DNA of 64,000 bases, from IMG/VR virus record IMGVR_UViG_3300037149_000105, positions 83,411 to 147,410 of that record, one strand, 5' to 3'. This document shows positions 53,366-63,483 of this stretch, in pieces. The translations under genes and the position numbers were made by a program. The number at the start of each line of letters is the position of its first letter. The stretch's first letter is position 1. The notes below the pieces were generated by a model. That model made no database searches and was not told the origin of the DNA. It was given only the letters and a program-made list of their open reading frames with translations. This stretch comes from a virus.

Positions 53366-56300
53366 TCAGGAATTGGAGTTGTCTGTCAGTTGGGTAGAAC
53401 TGCTATCAATCAGAACTCCTCCTGCAAATGGGGTTGCGTTGGCCGATCTTACAAGAGTTGAATTGGTAGTAATTGTGGCAGATCCCTTTGAAGTCCATGA
53501 GGACTGGCCATTACAAACCACCGTGGAGTTTAAGGAAGCCAGAACAACTGGAGTCACATTGGTCACATTGGTCTCTTCACCAAACCCATGATTTTCAAGG
53601 GTCAGGTTTGAAGTAAGCTCGATGTCAAAGAAAACAGGGCTGTTTGGTGTGCCCGTGGCTACTAATTTCAACCCCGAAACTGTCATTGATGTATCGCTGA
53701 GGAAGAAGCCCACACCAGTTCCAATCGAAAGAGTGCCGTTACTTACATTGACGGAGCAGTCTAAGAATCCCCCGGCCTGCTGGTTATTTGTCCATTTGCA
53801 ATCCGAGAAATCGACCTGAGAATCAATTCCGTAGACTGCTGGGTTTCCCGCAGGGAAAGAGTCAAAAGTTACTCCGTTAAACAACACCCGAGAATTGTTA
53901 ACAATAAAAGCGGATAATGGGGCGTTACTTGGGGTGTAACCCACAGCCGTGATGGTCATATACCCGGAATCACCAGGGGCTCGTCCAATATAAAGACGAC
54001 CCTCATCTTGCACCGTGTAGGATAAACCGGCCACACAAGTATTTGCCACAGGGGAAATTGTTCCGTCTCCAAGGTAAACATCCCTAAGACTGGAGGTGTT
54101 AAACAAATTCTGGATGACGAAAGGGGTTCCCGTCTGGACCAAATAGATGGCACAGGGATGACGGAGAATTGGAGGAAGCGAAGACAGAGCACCATAGATT
54201 GTCAACTTAGGTGTCTGAGCGGTTAATCCATCGTTGCCATCGTTGCCACTAACATTATTGACATAAAGATTGATGGGGGCAACGGTCATGACCCCCCCAC
54301 TAGAGAGTGAGGACTCTGGGGTGGGGGAGGTAATAGCGAAGCCTACGTGGGGTGCAATTTTTGCAAACCCGCGACCCGAGGGGTAAGATAGCTGAATTAG
54401 CTTACGCTTCCATCCACCTACCGGTTCAATAAAATCGTTAGTATGCAGGGGGGTGAAGAAAGTGTGTTCAACGTTATTGAAACGCTTTGCCTCATAGTTG
54501 TTATCAAAGTAATTCCCCACGGCCTGATTGGTCATATCTGAGTCATTCCAGGTAGGTTGAGATGGGAGCGTAGTAATAATGGGAAGCTCTCTATTATAAG
54601 GATACACATCCTTTAGTCCGACAATTGGGGCAGCCCCGGTTCCATTGGTTGTCACCATGGCTGTATCTTCTGAATGAAGGAGTGTGTAAGTGTGGGTCGC
54701 ATCCCCTTCTCCCTGATAAGGCAGATACTCCATTGCTACGGCCAGAGCGGAGTCTACACTGAATGAGGGGTTGATGGACCCGGCCATGAAGTAAGGGTAT
54801 ATGGCAACATTTGCTTCGCTGGGGACGGTGACAGTGGTGATGCCATTGAAAAATTGTACATCCAGTAAAGGGTAAGCCTTGAACCGCTGGGGGTAGGAAG
54901 GGTCATCAGCGACAAAGATGAACTTATTTAGAGTGCTCCCACCCACACCAGTTAGGGTTCCATTAGTGGTCCCAAAGATAAGGGAGGTGGAGGCAGTAGA
55001 GCCAGAACCAATCAGCGTGGAGCTTAGGAGTTTAATTCTAGGGTCAAGTGGGAACAGGCTGCTTGCAGAGTTCTGATAGTTGCCAAACAAAACAGTCTCG
55101 CTGATAGAGGAAACCGCCTTGACGGCTGAATTATAACTAAGTTGGGCCGTCTGGTTCAATACCACTGTGAAGACGATGTTTACTGTAGCAGGGACTTGCT
55201 GGATCATCACGGTGAAGTTAATTGGATCGACTGCCGTGTAATAAATTGAATAACTGACCCCCGAAGCCAAGTCTGTGGCCCCTACGACAAAAATACCGTT
55301 GAAGTTGGCATACCCGTTGATACTAGTCCTTGGGATAGTGAATTGGAGAACACTTAAACTATCATATGTTGTAGGTGTTCCACTTGAAGCGGGCAAGGGG
55401 ATACTGACCCTGGTTCCGAATACTTTATTGGAATAGAGCGGGTTGTAAGCATTTAATGTGTTTTTTTGGTTGGTAACTGCTCGGAATGTTGAGTATTCAG
55501 ATATACCAAAGACCGGAAAGGTCTTGTTAATCTGCCCATCGTAGAGCGACCCACCCATGATATTGATTGGAATCTGCTGCAATGAGTAGTTGGATCCGGC
55601 TGGGTAGAGAACCCCAACCGTCACATACAAATCATTTACCCCCGGATCAAAAGCAGTTCCGGACAGATTGCTGTTAAAGGTGGCCGTAGCGGTGCGACCT
55701 CCAATCCCAGTAGCGGTTATCTGGCCACTTAAAAGAAGAACTGGATTGATGGAGCCGTTGGATTGTGTGACCTGGGCCTGAACCATCAGGTAGGAGATGG
55801 TGGCTCCAAGGCGTGTATTTGAACTATCAAGATTGATAGTGATGCTATCACCTTTGCTCCATCTTACTCCATTGGTTCCAGTGACTTTGTTGTTTATCGA
55901 GATTGCTTGAATCGAATAGAAAGTTCTGAGGTCTGCCCCAAAGCCATTCATATACCCATCAAATGCCCCCAGATAATCGGTGTTAGGAATAGCCTGGGGG
56001 CCGAGAGCGATTGTATAGGGAAGGATGGAACCCATGATGGAGGGGTCTGCACCGGGAATCTCTCCCCTTCCAATCTTCTGATTGATATTTCCATTCACTA
56101 AATCTACGAAACCACTCTGAAGTAGCTTGTCCCAGTCGTAGCCATTCAGGCTCACCGATAGCCGAGTGTCCACCACATCTTCTGGGTAAACTGCATCCGC
56201 ATACTTGTAGTCATAACGACCTGACACACCCGATGCCAGGAGACCGCTGTTGGCAATCTGAGAACTAGCGCAGCCATTGGGATTCACCGATGGGTCGAAC

Positions 56301-57172
56301 ACCCCTAGATTGCGCTGGAAGACCACTGCAAGAGGCATAGCGTAGCTGTAGCCATCAAGTGTGGGGATGGGAGGGGCGAAGGATCCGATGCCACTACCGG
56401 CCTGCCAGAGGCCAAAGTCACCATTAATTTGACCCATGTTCACGAATGGGTAGCCCGCATCCTGACCCACGACAATCTGAGACGGGGGGGTGGATAGCAT
56501 AGCTTGCCCAAAAACGGCATCTTCAATAGTTCCCAATGAATCCAGCCCAAACCTACGCTGGGTAAAATCATAACTGAGCGGAACTCGAACGACACGAATG
56601 TTCCATTGAATCTGAGCCCGAGAAGTGGTGTTTAATCTCTGAAAGGGATCCAACACATCATCAGCGATCAAATTGGAGGGGTCGCAATTGATGCATCCCA
56701 ATGCATAAATCCATCGGGCTCCCGTCACATCTACAAAATACCCTTGGCCATTACCAGGATCTAAAGCCTGATACCACAACTCTGCAAAGACTACATAGAT
56801 GGCCGCAGAGTCTGCACCCTCCCCATAGGACCAACTGCTGGGGGCCGGGAGGACTACCTTATTCATAGTCAGATCTGTGGAACGACAGCCTCCTAGGGTG
56901 ACGGTCTCACCGTTGAACATTACATCAAAAGCTGGGATGAGAAACACCTGTTCCTGGGCTTCGTTGAAAATATAGGGCTTTGCCTGAAGTGCTCCGGAAA
57001 AGACCATATTCTCCGTGAGCAGGTATCTTTTCATATCTTGTAAATCCTGGATCAGGTTGATATCCGCATCAGTGATGCGCTTATCATGTTTGCCGACTAC
57101 CGTTGTAAAACTTCGTCCGCTGGGGTCCAAGGTTCTGCTGGTAGATCCTAATGGGTAAATCTTTTGGGACAT
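53366..57172 (-). CDS. tail fibre/spike-like protein with C-terminal beta-helix-like region
   Basis: LYVNNVSGNDGNDGLTAQTPKLTI motif of the kind that precedes pectin-lyase-like helices; ATG 57172 behind AAGGTGG. Confidence 0.7.
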   Translation of the reverse strand: MSQKIYPLGSTSRTLDPSGRSFTTVVGKHDKRITDADINLIQDLQDMKRYLLTENMVFSGALQAKPYIFNEAQEQVFLIPAFDVMFNGETVTLGGCRSTDLTMNKVVLPAPSSWSYGEGADSAAIYVVFAELWYQALDPGNGQGYFVDVTGARWIYALGCINCDPSNLIADDVLDPFQRLNTTSRAQIQWNIRVVRVPLSYDFTQRRFGLDSLGTIEDAVFGQAMLSTPPSQIVVGQDAGYPFVNMGQINGDFGLWQAGSGIGSFAPPIPTLDGYSYAMPLAVVFQRNLGVFDPSVNPNGCASSQIANSGLLASGVSGRYDYKYADAVYPEDVVDTRLSVSLNGYDWDKLLQSGFVDLVNGNINQKIGRGEIPGADPSIMGSILPYTIALGPQAIPNTDYLGAFDGYMNGFGADLRTFYSIQAISINNKVTGTNGVRWSKGDSITINLDSSNTRLGATISYLMVQAQVTQSNGSINPVLLLSGQITATGIGGRTATATFNSNLSGTAFDPGVNDLYVTVGVLYPAGSNYSLQQIPINIMGGSLYDGQINKTFPVFGISEYSTFRAVTNQKNTLNAYNPLYSNKVFGTRVSIPLPASSGTPTTYDSLSVLQFTIPRTSINGYANFNGIFVVGATDLASGVSYSIYYTAVDPINFTVMIQQVPATVNIVFTVVLNQTAQLSYNSAVKAVSSISETVLFGNYQNSASSLFPLDPRIKLLSSTLIGSGSTASTSLIFGTTNGTLTGVGGSTLNKFIFVADDPSYPQRFKAYPLLDVQFFNGITTVTVPSEANVAIYPYFMAGSINPSFSVDSALAVAMEYLPYQGEGDATHTYTLLHSEDTAMVTTNGTGAAPIVGLKDVYPYNRELPIITTLPSQPTWNDSDMTNQAVGNYFDNNYEAKRFNNVEHTFFTPLHTNDFIEPVGGWKRKLIQLSYPSGRGFAKIAPHVGFAITSPTPESSLSSGGVMTVAPINLYVNNVSGNDGNDGLTAQTPKLTIYGALSSLPPILRHPCAIYLVQTGTPFVIQNLFNTSSLRDVYLGDGTISPVANTCVAGLSYTVQDEGRLYIGRAPGDSGYMTITAVGYTPSNAPLSAFIVNNSRVLFNGVTFDSFPAGNPAVYGIDSQVDFSDCKWTNNQQAGGFLDCSVNVSNGTLSIGTGVGFFLSDTSMTVSGLKLVATGTPNSPVFFDIELTSNLTLENHGFGEETNVTNVTPVVLASLNSTVVCNGQSSWTSKGSATITTNSTLVRSANATPFAGGVLIDSSSTQLTDNSNS

Positions 57173-57234
57173 GAACGCCACCTTAAAAATCAGCTTCAAG
57201 AAAGAACTCTGTATTCCTTTTATGTGGAGAGCAC

Positions 57235-58308
57235 ATGATTACCCAGCAACTCATCGTAAATCCAGGATTCGAGATTCAAAACAATCCTGATGGCTCATCT
57301 CCTTCGGCCTGGATGGTGGAATCCCCCTACATTTTAATGAATCGCACCGAAGCCTATTCTGGGCAGTGGTGTGCTTCTCTGTGTGGACATAGCTCAGATA
57401 ATCAAATTGACACAATTTACCAATCCTTCACTATCCCGGCGAACTCCACAGCTTCTTTGTCTTTTCTCCTGCAAATAGATGACAGCCTGACACAACCTGA
57501 CAGCCTGCTCACCCCTTCTTGCAGCCTTACCGTAGAGGTGGAGGATCAGTATAGTAGTTACACTACTGTGGCCACTTATAATGTGGGAAGTCCCTTGGTG
57601 GGAAAGGGGTGGGCTCAGCAGGGGGCTTACGATCTATCAGTTTTTGCGGGTCAAACCATCACACTAATCTTCACATCTACTCAGGCACGGTTTAACCAAG
57701 GGATGACCTTTAGTATTGATAACGTGTATGTTACCTCAATTTTGAATCTTCTCGTATCCTCCTATCCCCCCCTAATATCCAACCTCTCTCAAGATCTTCT
57801 GGGAGATATTCAGCTTTATGGGAGTAATGTATACTGCTCCTGTCTGGTTCCCGCACAAAGCACGGATTTATTCTATAATCCAACATTTGCTGGGGGCCTC
57901 ACCGGTTATGCGGCGGATGGGTTCAAGTATACATCTGGAGTCCAGAACCCAACCCTGATAGCCCCTTGGTTCTCTGAAGCTCAGGGTGGGGGTGACCAGA
58001 TGACCAGAGGTGACACGCAGGGGTTCCCAGCCGCTGCTTTAGTTCTGGTCACTGATGAGTCCATTGCCATTCTTGATCAAGTTGATAATATGAGCATGTG
58101 GATGATATTTAAAAAGGGTAGCAACAACGCCTATTCAGATACTTTTGGCATCGTAGGGGCTGCGTTTGTCCCCAGCAGTGCTAACTTCAGCTCTGGGGTC
58201 TTGTCGGTTACTTTCTCTCCCGCCCCTGGCACGGGCTCCACGGCCTTGGTGATCCTTAATATAGATTTCGTTAAGGACTACATCTTTATAGACACTGCAA
58301 CAACTTAA
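57235..58308 (+). CDS. structural protein with N-terminal carbohydrate-binding-like domain
   Basis: QLIVNPGFE...AYSG...IYQSFTIP...DLSVFAGQTITL.F...FSIDNV. Confidence 0.65.
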   Translation: MITQQLIVNPGFEIQNNPDGSSPSAWMVESPYILMNRTEAYSGQWCASLCGHSSDNQIDTIYQSFTIPANSTASLSFLLQIDDSLTQPDSLLTPSCSLTVEVEDQYSSYTTVATYNVGSPLVGKGWAQQGAYDLSVFAGQTITLIFTSTQARFNQGMTFSIDNVYVTSILNLLVSSYPPLISNLSQDLLGDIQLYGSNVYCSCLVPAQSTDLFYNPTFAGGLTGYAADGFKYTSGVQNPTLIAPWFSEAQGGGDQMTRGDTQGFPAAALVLVTDESIAILDQVDNMSMWMIFKKGSNNAYSDTFGIVGAAFVPSSANFSSGVLSVTFSPAPGTGSTALVILNIDFVKDYIFIDTATT

Positions 58309-58338
58309 ACTTTCTGTTTCCAGGGTGAGGAGTCTCAA

Positions 58339-58773
58339 ATGAATAAGTGGTTAAAAAGTTTGTTCAAAGACCTGTTTGCAGATAGTTCAAAAATAGATCC
58401 CCAGCGAAGAGCCCAAATTAATAAAATATTGATGTGGGGTGCGGGTGGACTTTTAGTATGCTTTATCGCGCTAGCTGCCTATGCCTCTCACACTCCGGTT
58501 AGTTCAGATAGCGCATGGTGGCAGGCTGTTGTTAGCGCCCGTCTCACTCTAGTCAGACTGTTGATGGCCCTTCCCGTTATCGCTCTAGGGTTTCTTTCTG
58601 CTGCAACCCTTTTTAACGTGGCAGAAAACTCGCGTTTGGGTAAAAAATATTTGGAGCCCCAAGATGGGGAGTCAGAAGAAATTAAGAGTAGAAAAATCTC
58701 AAATGGTGGAATTTTACTAGCGGCATTGGTGGGTAGCCTCCTCAACGCTTTAGTGCAAAGCCTGCTTAAATGA
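58339..58773 (+). CDS. holin-like membrane protein
   Basis: three hydrophobic segments; ATGA overlap with SLT gene. Confidence 0.55.
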   Translation: MNKWLKSLFKDLFADSSKIDPQRRAQINKILMWGAGGLLVCFIALAAYASHTPVSSDSAWWQAVVSARLTLVRLLMALPVIALGFLSAATLFNVAENSRLGKKYLEPQDGESEEIKSRKISNGGILLAALVGSLLNALVQSLLK

Positions 58774-59246
58774 AATGGCAAGGATTACTTCTGGGTTTGA
58801 TTCTCCCCCTCCCCTACCAGGGGCAGTTTCAGCAGATAGATGGTATCAGATGGGTTGACCGTATCAGCCAGTGTTATCAAGAGTCTGGGTTAAGTCCAAA
58901 GGCTGTCAGCAGTTGCGGAGCAAAAGGTATCGCTCAATTTATGCCAAAGACTGCGAAACAATACCATCTGACTGACCCTACCGATGTTCCAGCGTCTATC
59001 CGAGCCAATTCAAAATATATGCTCAGGCTGGAGGCGCAATGCCATCAAGATTGGGATGCGGCTCTGTGCTCGTACAATGCCGGATTCGGAAATTATCAGA
59101 AGGCAGAGTATTTGGCTGAACAGTTGGGCGGAAACATGACTTGGCAGCAGACCATGCCCCACGTGATTAAGGATGCCCAACAGCCAATTCAATACGTGGT
59201 TTTGATACATAAATGGAAGTCCCAGATTCAAAAACAACTTAATTAA
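58770..59246 (+). CDS. lytic transglycosylase (SLT), endolysin candidate
   Basis: QESG, GAKGIAQFMPKTA, ALCSYNAG; hydrophobic N-terminus. Confidence 0.9.
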   Translation: MKWQGLLLGLILPLPYQGQFQQIDGIRWVDRISQCYQESGLSPKAVSSCGAKGIAQFMPKTAKQYHLTDPTDVPASIRANSKYMLRLEAQCHQDWDAALCSYNAGFGNYQKAEYLAEQLGGNMTWQQTMPHVIKDAQQPIQYVVLIHKWKSQIQKQLN

Positions 59247-59503
59247 TTCCTTCCAACTTCACTGGCTGGTAAGGACATATCCCCCTCATGAACGATCTGG
59301 AGGGGTCCAGGAATCTGAATCACTTCTGGCTCTCCTTTCTCCTGTGGTGGAGGAGGTAGAATCTCCCTGGAGTTCTTTAGAAGACCCCACACCTGTCCCG
59401 CAATCGCCAACTCTTCCGGGTCCAGACCGCCCCCCACATGTTTATGGAAAACGAACATTAGGTATTCGTAATGTTCTTTATTCGGAAGAGTGACGATATG
59501 CAT
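59243..59503 (-). CDS. hypothetical protein
   Basis: AAGGAG RBS. Confidence 0.7.
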   Translation of the reverse strand: MHIVTLPNKEHYEYLMFVFHKHVGGGLDPEELAIAGQVWGLLKNSREILPPPPQEKGEPEVIQIPGPLQIVHEGDMSLPASEVGRN

Positions 59504-59532
59504 AGGTAAGACTCCTTCTACTTATTACTCGG

Positions 59533-60198
59533 TTACAGTCCCATCGCTTTATACAGCTTTGCTGCTTCGAGAACGTCTCTGGAGTATGCTGAGGGCTTTA
59601 CTATCCTAGGTCCCCCCTGATACATAGAAAGTGAGATTTCAAACTGACCCAGCTTCTCCAGGCCCAGGTCTACGGCCATATCATGATAGTCTGCCAAGGT
59701 GCCGATCCCAGCGATGATACTGTTAATTGGGTCCATAAGCGCCTTCCTCGTTGGATCAATTCGCTCAGTTCTCAAATAGGGCTTTGCGGTAGCGGGCATG
59801 ACTTGCATAATACCCACGGCCCCGGCTGAACTAGTCATATCGGTCTTCCAGGTTCCTCCTGTCTCAACATGAATTAAACCGCAGGCAAGGGATAACGGGA
59901 TTTGCTTGACTGTGGCCATGTTCTTCAAAGTTCTAGCGATGAGGACTTTGGTCTCCATTGGGAGAGAAAGTTTTTCATCAACAACTTTGAGCAGTATTGC
60001 TTCCTGATTATTTTGACTCAGTGCCGCGACCAGTTCCATATGGTCCTTTTGGGCATTCCGAATCATGGTGTAGACTCCAAACAATCCGGCAATGACGACC
60101 AACGCGCTTACCAGCGCAGAGATGATGCTGGCAGGAATGTGGGAAGTCTTGAGGATTGAGACGGGGACTACTTGGTGAATCGTTGGTTCTTCGCTCAT
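59533..60198 (-). CDS. membrane-anchored lytic transglycosylase (SLT)
   Basis: N-terminal TM; IHVETGG, SSAGAVGIMQVMPATA, SMYQGG. Confidence 0.85.
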   Translation of the reverse strand: MSEEPTIHQVVPVSILKTSHIPASIISALVSALVVIAGLFGVYTMIRNAQKDHMELVAALSQNNQEAILLKVVDEKLSLPMETKVLIARTLKNMATVKQIPLSLACGLIHVETGGTWKTDMTSSAGAVGIMQVMPATAKPYLRTERIDPTRKALMDPINSIIAGIGTLADYHDMAVDLGLEKLGQFEISLSMYQGGPRIVKPSAYSRDVLEAAKLYKAMGL

Positions 60199-60296
60199 GG
60201 TTCTCCTTAATTGGAAAAGAGCAAGGATGCGACCCCTGCTCTAGGATTATACTTTGATTTGCGCAGTTTTGGGTAGGATTATTTCACAAAACTATT

Positions 60297-60626
60297 TCAA
60301 ATCTCCGTAAAGTTGATGTCTGAAACGAGTTGCTTGATCACTTCAGACATTGCGCTGTTGCGGACTTCATTGTCCACTTTCTGGAGCAGATCGTTCTTTG
60401 CAACGTCCACTCGTTTGTCAATCTCCCCGTTTATTTGGTCTTTGATACGGGGGTCCACACCGTCATGGAATACGTTCCTCATGAAAAACTCGGATTTGGA
60501 CTCCGGGCTGAGGTTGTTCCATTCGATTTTATTCATATTTTTGAAGCTAAGTTGCCCTTCGACGTTGGTCTGGAGCATATTGAGCAAATCATTGTTGAGC
60601 AGATCTGATTTTTTGGTAATTTCCAT
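60297..60626 (-). CDS. hypothetical protein
   Basis: GAGG RBS; 109 aa. Confidence 0.7.
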   Translation of the reverse strand: MEITKKSDLLNNDLLNMLQTNVEGQLSFKNMNKIEWNNLSPESKSEFFMRNVFHDGVDPRIKDQINGEIDKRVDVAKNDLLQKVDNEVRNSAMSEVIKQLVSDINFTEI

Positions 60627-60658
60627 TGCGGCCTCTTAGAGATGTTACTGCGTTCTGG

Positions 60659-61387
60659 TCAGTCGCCAAGAACCTCATTGAAGTTCTCCTGCAACCACCG
60701 CTGAGCCTCATCCTGCTCAGAGGGGTCTTTAGCTTTTGAGGTTGGCATGACATTCTCATCGAATGCATAAATGTGCCCAGATGCCGATTTAACTAGAATA
60801 GATTTAGCGGTTACAATGGCAGAGAACTCTTTCAACTGGGGCATCTGAGGGGTCAGCTCCCCCTCTGTTATGAATCTACCAGGACCATCCTTTTTTGAAA
60901 CTACTGCCTCCTCAGCGACCTCAGTCTCCGAGTTACCCTCGTCCAACCGTTTGAACTCCACCAAATGAGCTTCAATCTTCCAGACCCACTTTTCAAGTTC
61001 TCGACCAAACTCAATCAACACATCCTTGGTGGTCTCATCGTCTCCTAGCTGAGGGATGGTGGTGTGGACGATGGTCGCTAACGCATTTCCTGCAACTGCA
61101 ATACTCTCCAGCAGGAACTTCTCATCTCCTAGGAGTGGGGGACCAGAGAAGCCCTCTAGCGCACAGGCGGCTCCACCTTGTTGAACGATTCGTTCGGCCA
61201 GCGTATCGGCCCAATCGTTCATAAAATCGTAGAAGTCCCCAAACAGTTCATGCAATGGGAGAAAGCTTGGTCCCTTGACATTCCAATGAGCCTCTCGGCA
61301 ACGTAGGGCAAGGGTTGTGGCCCCACTTACTAATGGATGGAGTAGGGTCAGGGCTGCTCCATCGAGATTAATTTTAGCTTGTTTCAT
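60659..61387 (-). CDS. dps: Dps/ferritin-like protein with C-terminal extension
   Basis: AHWNVKGPSFLPLHELF...ADTLAERI ferroxidase signature. Confidence 0.85.
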   Translation of the reverse strand: MKQAKINLDGAALTLLHPLVSGATTLALRCREAHWNVKGPSFLPLHELFGDFYDFMNDWADTLAERIVQQGGAACALEGFSGPPLLGDEKFLLESIAVAGNALATIVHTTIPQLGDDETTKDVLIEFGRELEKWVWKIEAHLVEFKRLDEGNSETEVAEEAVVSKKDGPGRFITEGELTPQMPQLKEFSAIVTAKSILVKSASGHIYAFDENVMPTSKAKDPSEQDEAQRWLQENFNEVLGD

Positions 61388-61423
61388 CGTAGCCTCCACT
61401 TCTAGAAGTGGAAAGTCGTTTGA

Positions 61424-61831
61424 TTAGACGACCCCAGGCTGATTGGGCTTCCGGTTAGCCTTTGATTTATCTGCTATCTCTTGAAACTGTTCAGGATGAA
61501 CTAGTAGTTGTGCCGCATCTTCCCTGACGGTTTCTGAGAAATGGTGAAAATCTGAGCCGTGCCCTATACTGAGGTGATGCTCTTCCGTGGTCCCCATACA
61601 CAAGGTTATTAGGTTACTGGGATCTAGCTCTTTTGACGGATCATCGTTAAATGGTAGACAGTGGTGGCATTGGAGTAGGGTAGTCCCTCCGCAGGCAGCA
61701 CATTTGGGGTTCTTTTCTAGAAAGTGTTTACGAACCGTAGGCCATCTATCACTTCGGGTTGCCGGTTTGGTAAGGGATTCCCTGATAACCGAATGGACGA
61801 TTCGGGCCAAGTGCAGTATGTGTTTAATCAT
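61424..61831 (-). CDS. HNH endonuclease
   Basis: CAACG..LQCHH..LDPSNLITLC..HH...GH. Confidence 0.85.
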   Translation of the reverse strand: MIKHILHLARIVHSVIRESLTKPATRSDRWPTVRKHFLEKNPKCAACGGTTLLQCHHCLPFNDDPSKELDPSNLITLCMGTTEEHHLSIGHGSDFHHFSETVREDAAQLLVHPEQFQEIADKSKANRKPNQPGVV

Positions 61832-62604
61832 TACTGTTGCTTACCGGCTTCTTCAACCGTGTAGAGAGCCCAAAGGTCATCAGCCAAGTTTGCGTTGAGC
61901 AGATAGTCATAGGGCATATAGAAATAACCCTTGTCACCCCAATCGGCCCCCCAACTGTTGCGAATGATGAACGTTCTTTTGGAACGCTCGTACCCGACAC
62001 AGAGAACTGCGTGACCCCCTAGACACTGTTCAGTGGGACTGGGCATTGCCATAATCCCAGTCTGAGCAACTGCCTCTGACTCAAAGGAAGAGTAGACGGT
62101 GAACCCAAAAATGACCGGATAACCCTTGAATAGACATTCCTCAATTCCAGCTTGTGACTGTTCAACCCGAGCATACTGCAACGCTAGGTCCTGAGCCGCT
62201 GCTTTGACATAGGCATCAGGAGGGGCGGTAGCAAACTTGGCTGGGACGTATGGCCACAAGGCTTCTGAAGCAGCACCATTGGTGGCCAAAACTTTCACCG
62301 CATCACGAATCTGTGCCCCGGAATCTGAGGGTACCGTCCCTTCGAGAAACCGTTCTCCATAATAGATGGCGAGTCGGCTGGGAGTCCAACTAGGCAGTCC
62401 TTGCCTAATCAAATCATATTCAAATGCTGCCGCACTGGATTGACTAGTGCAACTCCCTAACGTTGTCTGATCGTAAACAGCAGGCATCTTTGGTCTTAGG
62501 TCAACCGTGTCCGGAGCTGCAATTGGAGCGGTTGCTCTGGCTAAACGAAAATCACGAAAATCTGGCAAATCTGGGTGCCACCCACCCTTAAAAATTCTCA
62601 TCAT
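61831..62604 (-). CDS. papain-family (C1) cysteine peptidase
   Basis: DQTTLGSCT, GGHAVLCVGY, IIRNSWGADWGDKGYF. Confidence 0.92.
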   Translation of the reverse strand: MMRIFKGGWHPDLPDFRDFRLARATAPIAAPDTVDLRPKMPAVYDQTTLGSCTSQSSAAAFEYDLIRQGLPSWTPSRLAIYYGERFLEGTVPSDSGAQIRDAVKVLATNGAASEALWPYVPAKFATAPPDAYVKAAAQDLALQYARVEQSQAGIEECLFKGYPVIFGFTVYSSFESEAVAQTGIMAMPSPTEQCLGGHAVLCVGYERSKRTFIIRNSWGADWGDKGYFYMPYDYLLNANLADDLWALYTVEEAGKQQ

Positions 62605-62644
62605 CCCTCCCGAGATTCTACTAAAGGGATGGGGTATTATATTT

Positions 62645-63013
62645 TTAGGGTTCGTCAGGGTTCATTGAAACGAGGGATTTTAGACTTCTGATTTGTAAAC
62701 TAACTCTATTGATTGAATCGTTTAAAGTTGACAAGACATTTTCAAGATTATCTTTTATTCTCTCACAGCCCACCACTACTCGGGCTTGACTGACCTGGAT
62801 GAGGGCTTGGCTTATTTTGATATCAGCTTGACTGAGCTTAATGTCAGATTGGTTCTTTTTAATCGTATCGGTCGCAGTCTTCACCGCAATCAGTTGATCC
62901 GCAACCACATCGTTGACTTCCCTCAACTCCGCTAATTTTGCACTCAGTATGTCTCCGAGACTGACAATCTCAGCCTGAATCTTTTCAATGTTGAGTTTTC
63001 CTCCGTCATCCAT
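62645..63013 (-). CDS. coiled-coil hypothetical protein
   Basis: heptad SQADIKI repeats. Confidence 0.65.
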   Translation of the reverse strand: MDDGGKLNIEKIQAEIVSLGDILSAKLAELREVNDVVADQLIAVKTATDTIKKNQSDIKLSQADIKISQALIQVSQARVVVGCERIKDNLENVLSTLNDSINRVSLQIRSLKSLVSMNPDEP

Positions 63014-63187
63014 AAAACCCCCTTCAAATGAATTAAGAAGTCAGAAAGGCAAATCACTTCAATTGAGGCAGAACGCCACACTCAACTATGACTTCTATTT
63101 CTTAAGCACAGGTATTCCAATATTTCTATTCTGGCACGGAACCTGCTTATTCTTCAGTCTCAACTTCATTTCTTTTAAGGAGATAAT

Positions 63188-63427
63188 ATGAAGAGATTCT
63201 CGCTCGTCGTTCTCGCCCTCGCCTTCGGAGCCATCGGTTTCGCACAGGCTCCCGCTCCAGTGGCACCCGCAGCCCCCAAGGCCGCAGTGGTCAAGACCGT
63301 CCCAGCCCCCAAGGCAAAGAAGGCCGTCAAGAAGGCAAAGGTAGCCCTCAAGGCGACCAAGGCCCCCAAGACTGCCTCTCAGAAGAAGGAAGTCAAGCCC
63401 ATCGTCCCCAAGGTCGTGAAGCCCTAA
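63188..63427 (+). CDS. small secreted Ala/Lys/Pro-rich protein
   Basis: AAGGAG RBS; signal peptide ending GFA-Q; KAKKAVKK tail. Confidence 0.8.
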   Translation: MKRFSLVVLALAFGAIGFAQAPAPVAPAAPKAAVVKTVPAPKAKKAVKKAKVALKATKAPKTASQKKEVKPIVPKVVKP

Positions 63428-63445
63428 AGGCTTGCTAGACAAAGC

Positions 63446-63471
63446 AAAGGCCCCCTTCGGGGGCCTTTTTT
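63446..63471. terminator. bidirectional intrinsic terminator
   Basis: AAAGGCCCCC-TTCG-GGGGCCTTTTTT between convergent genes. Confidence 0.8.
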
Positions 63472-63483
63472 ACTAGTTTCAGA

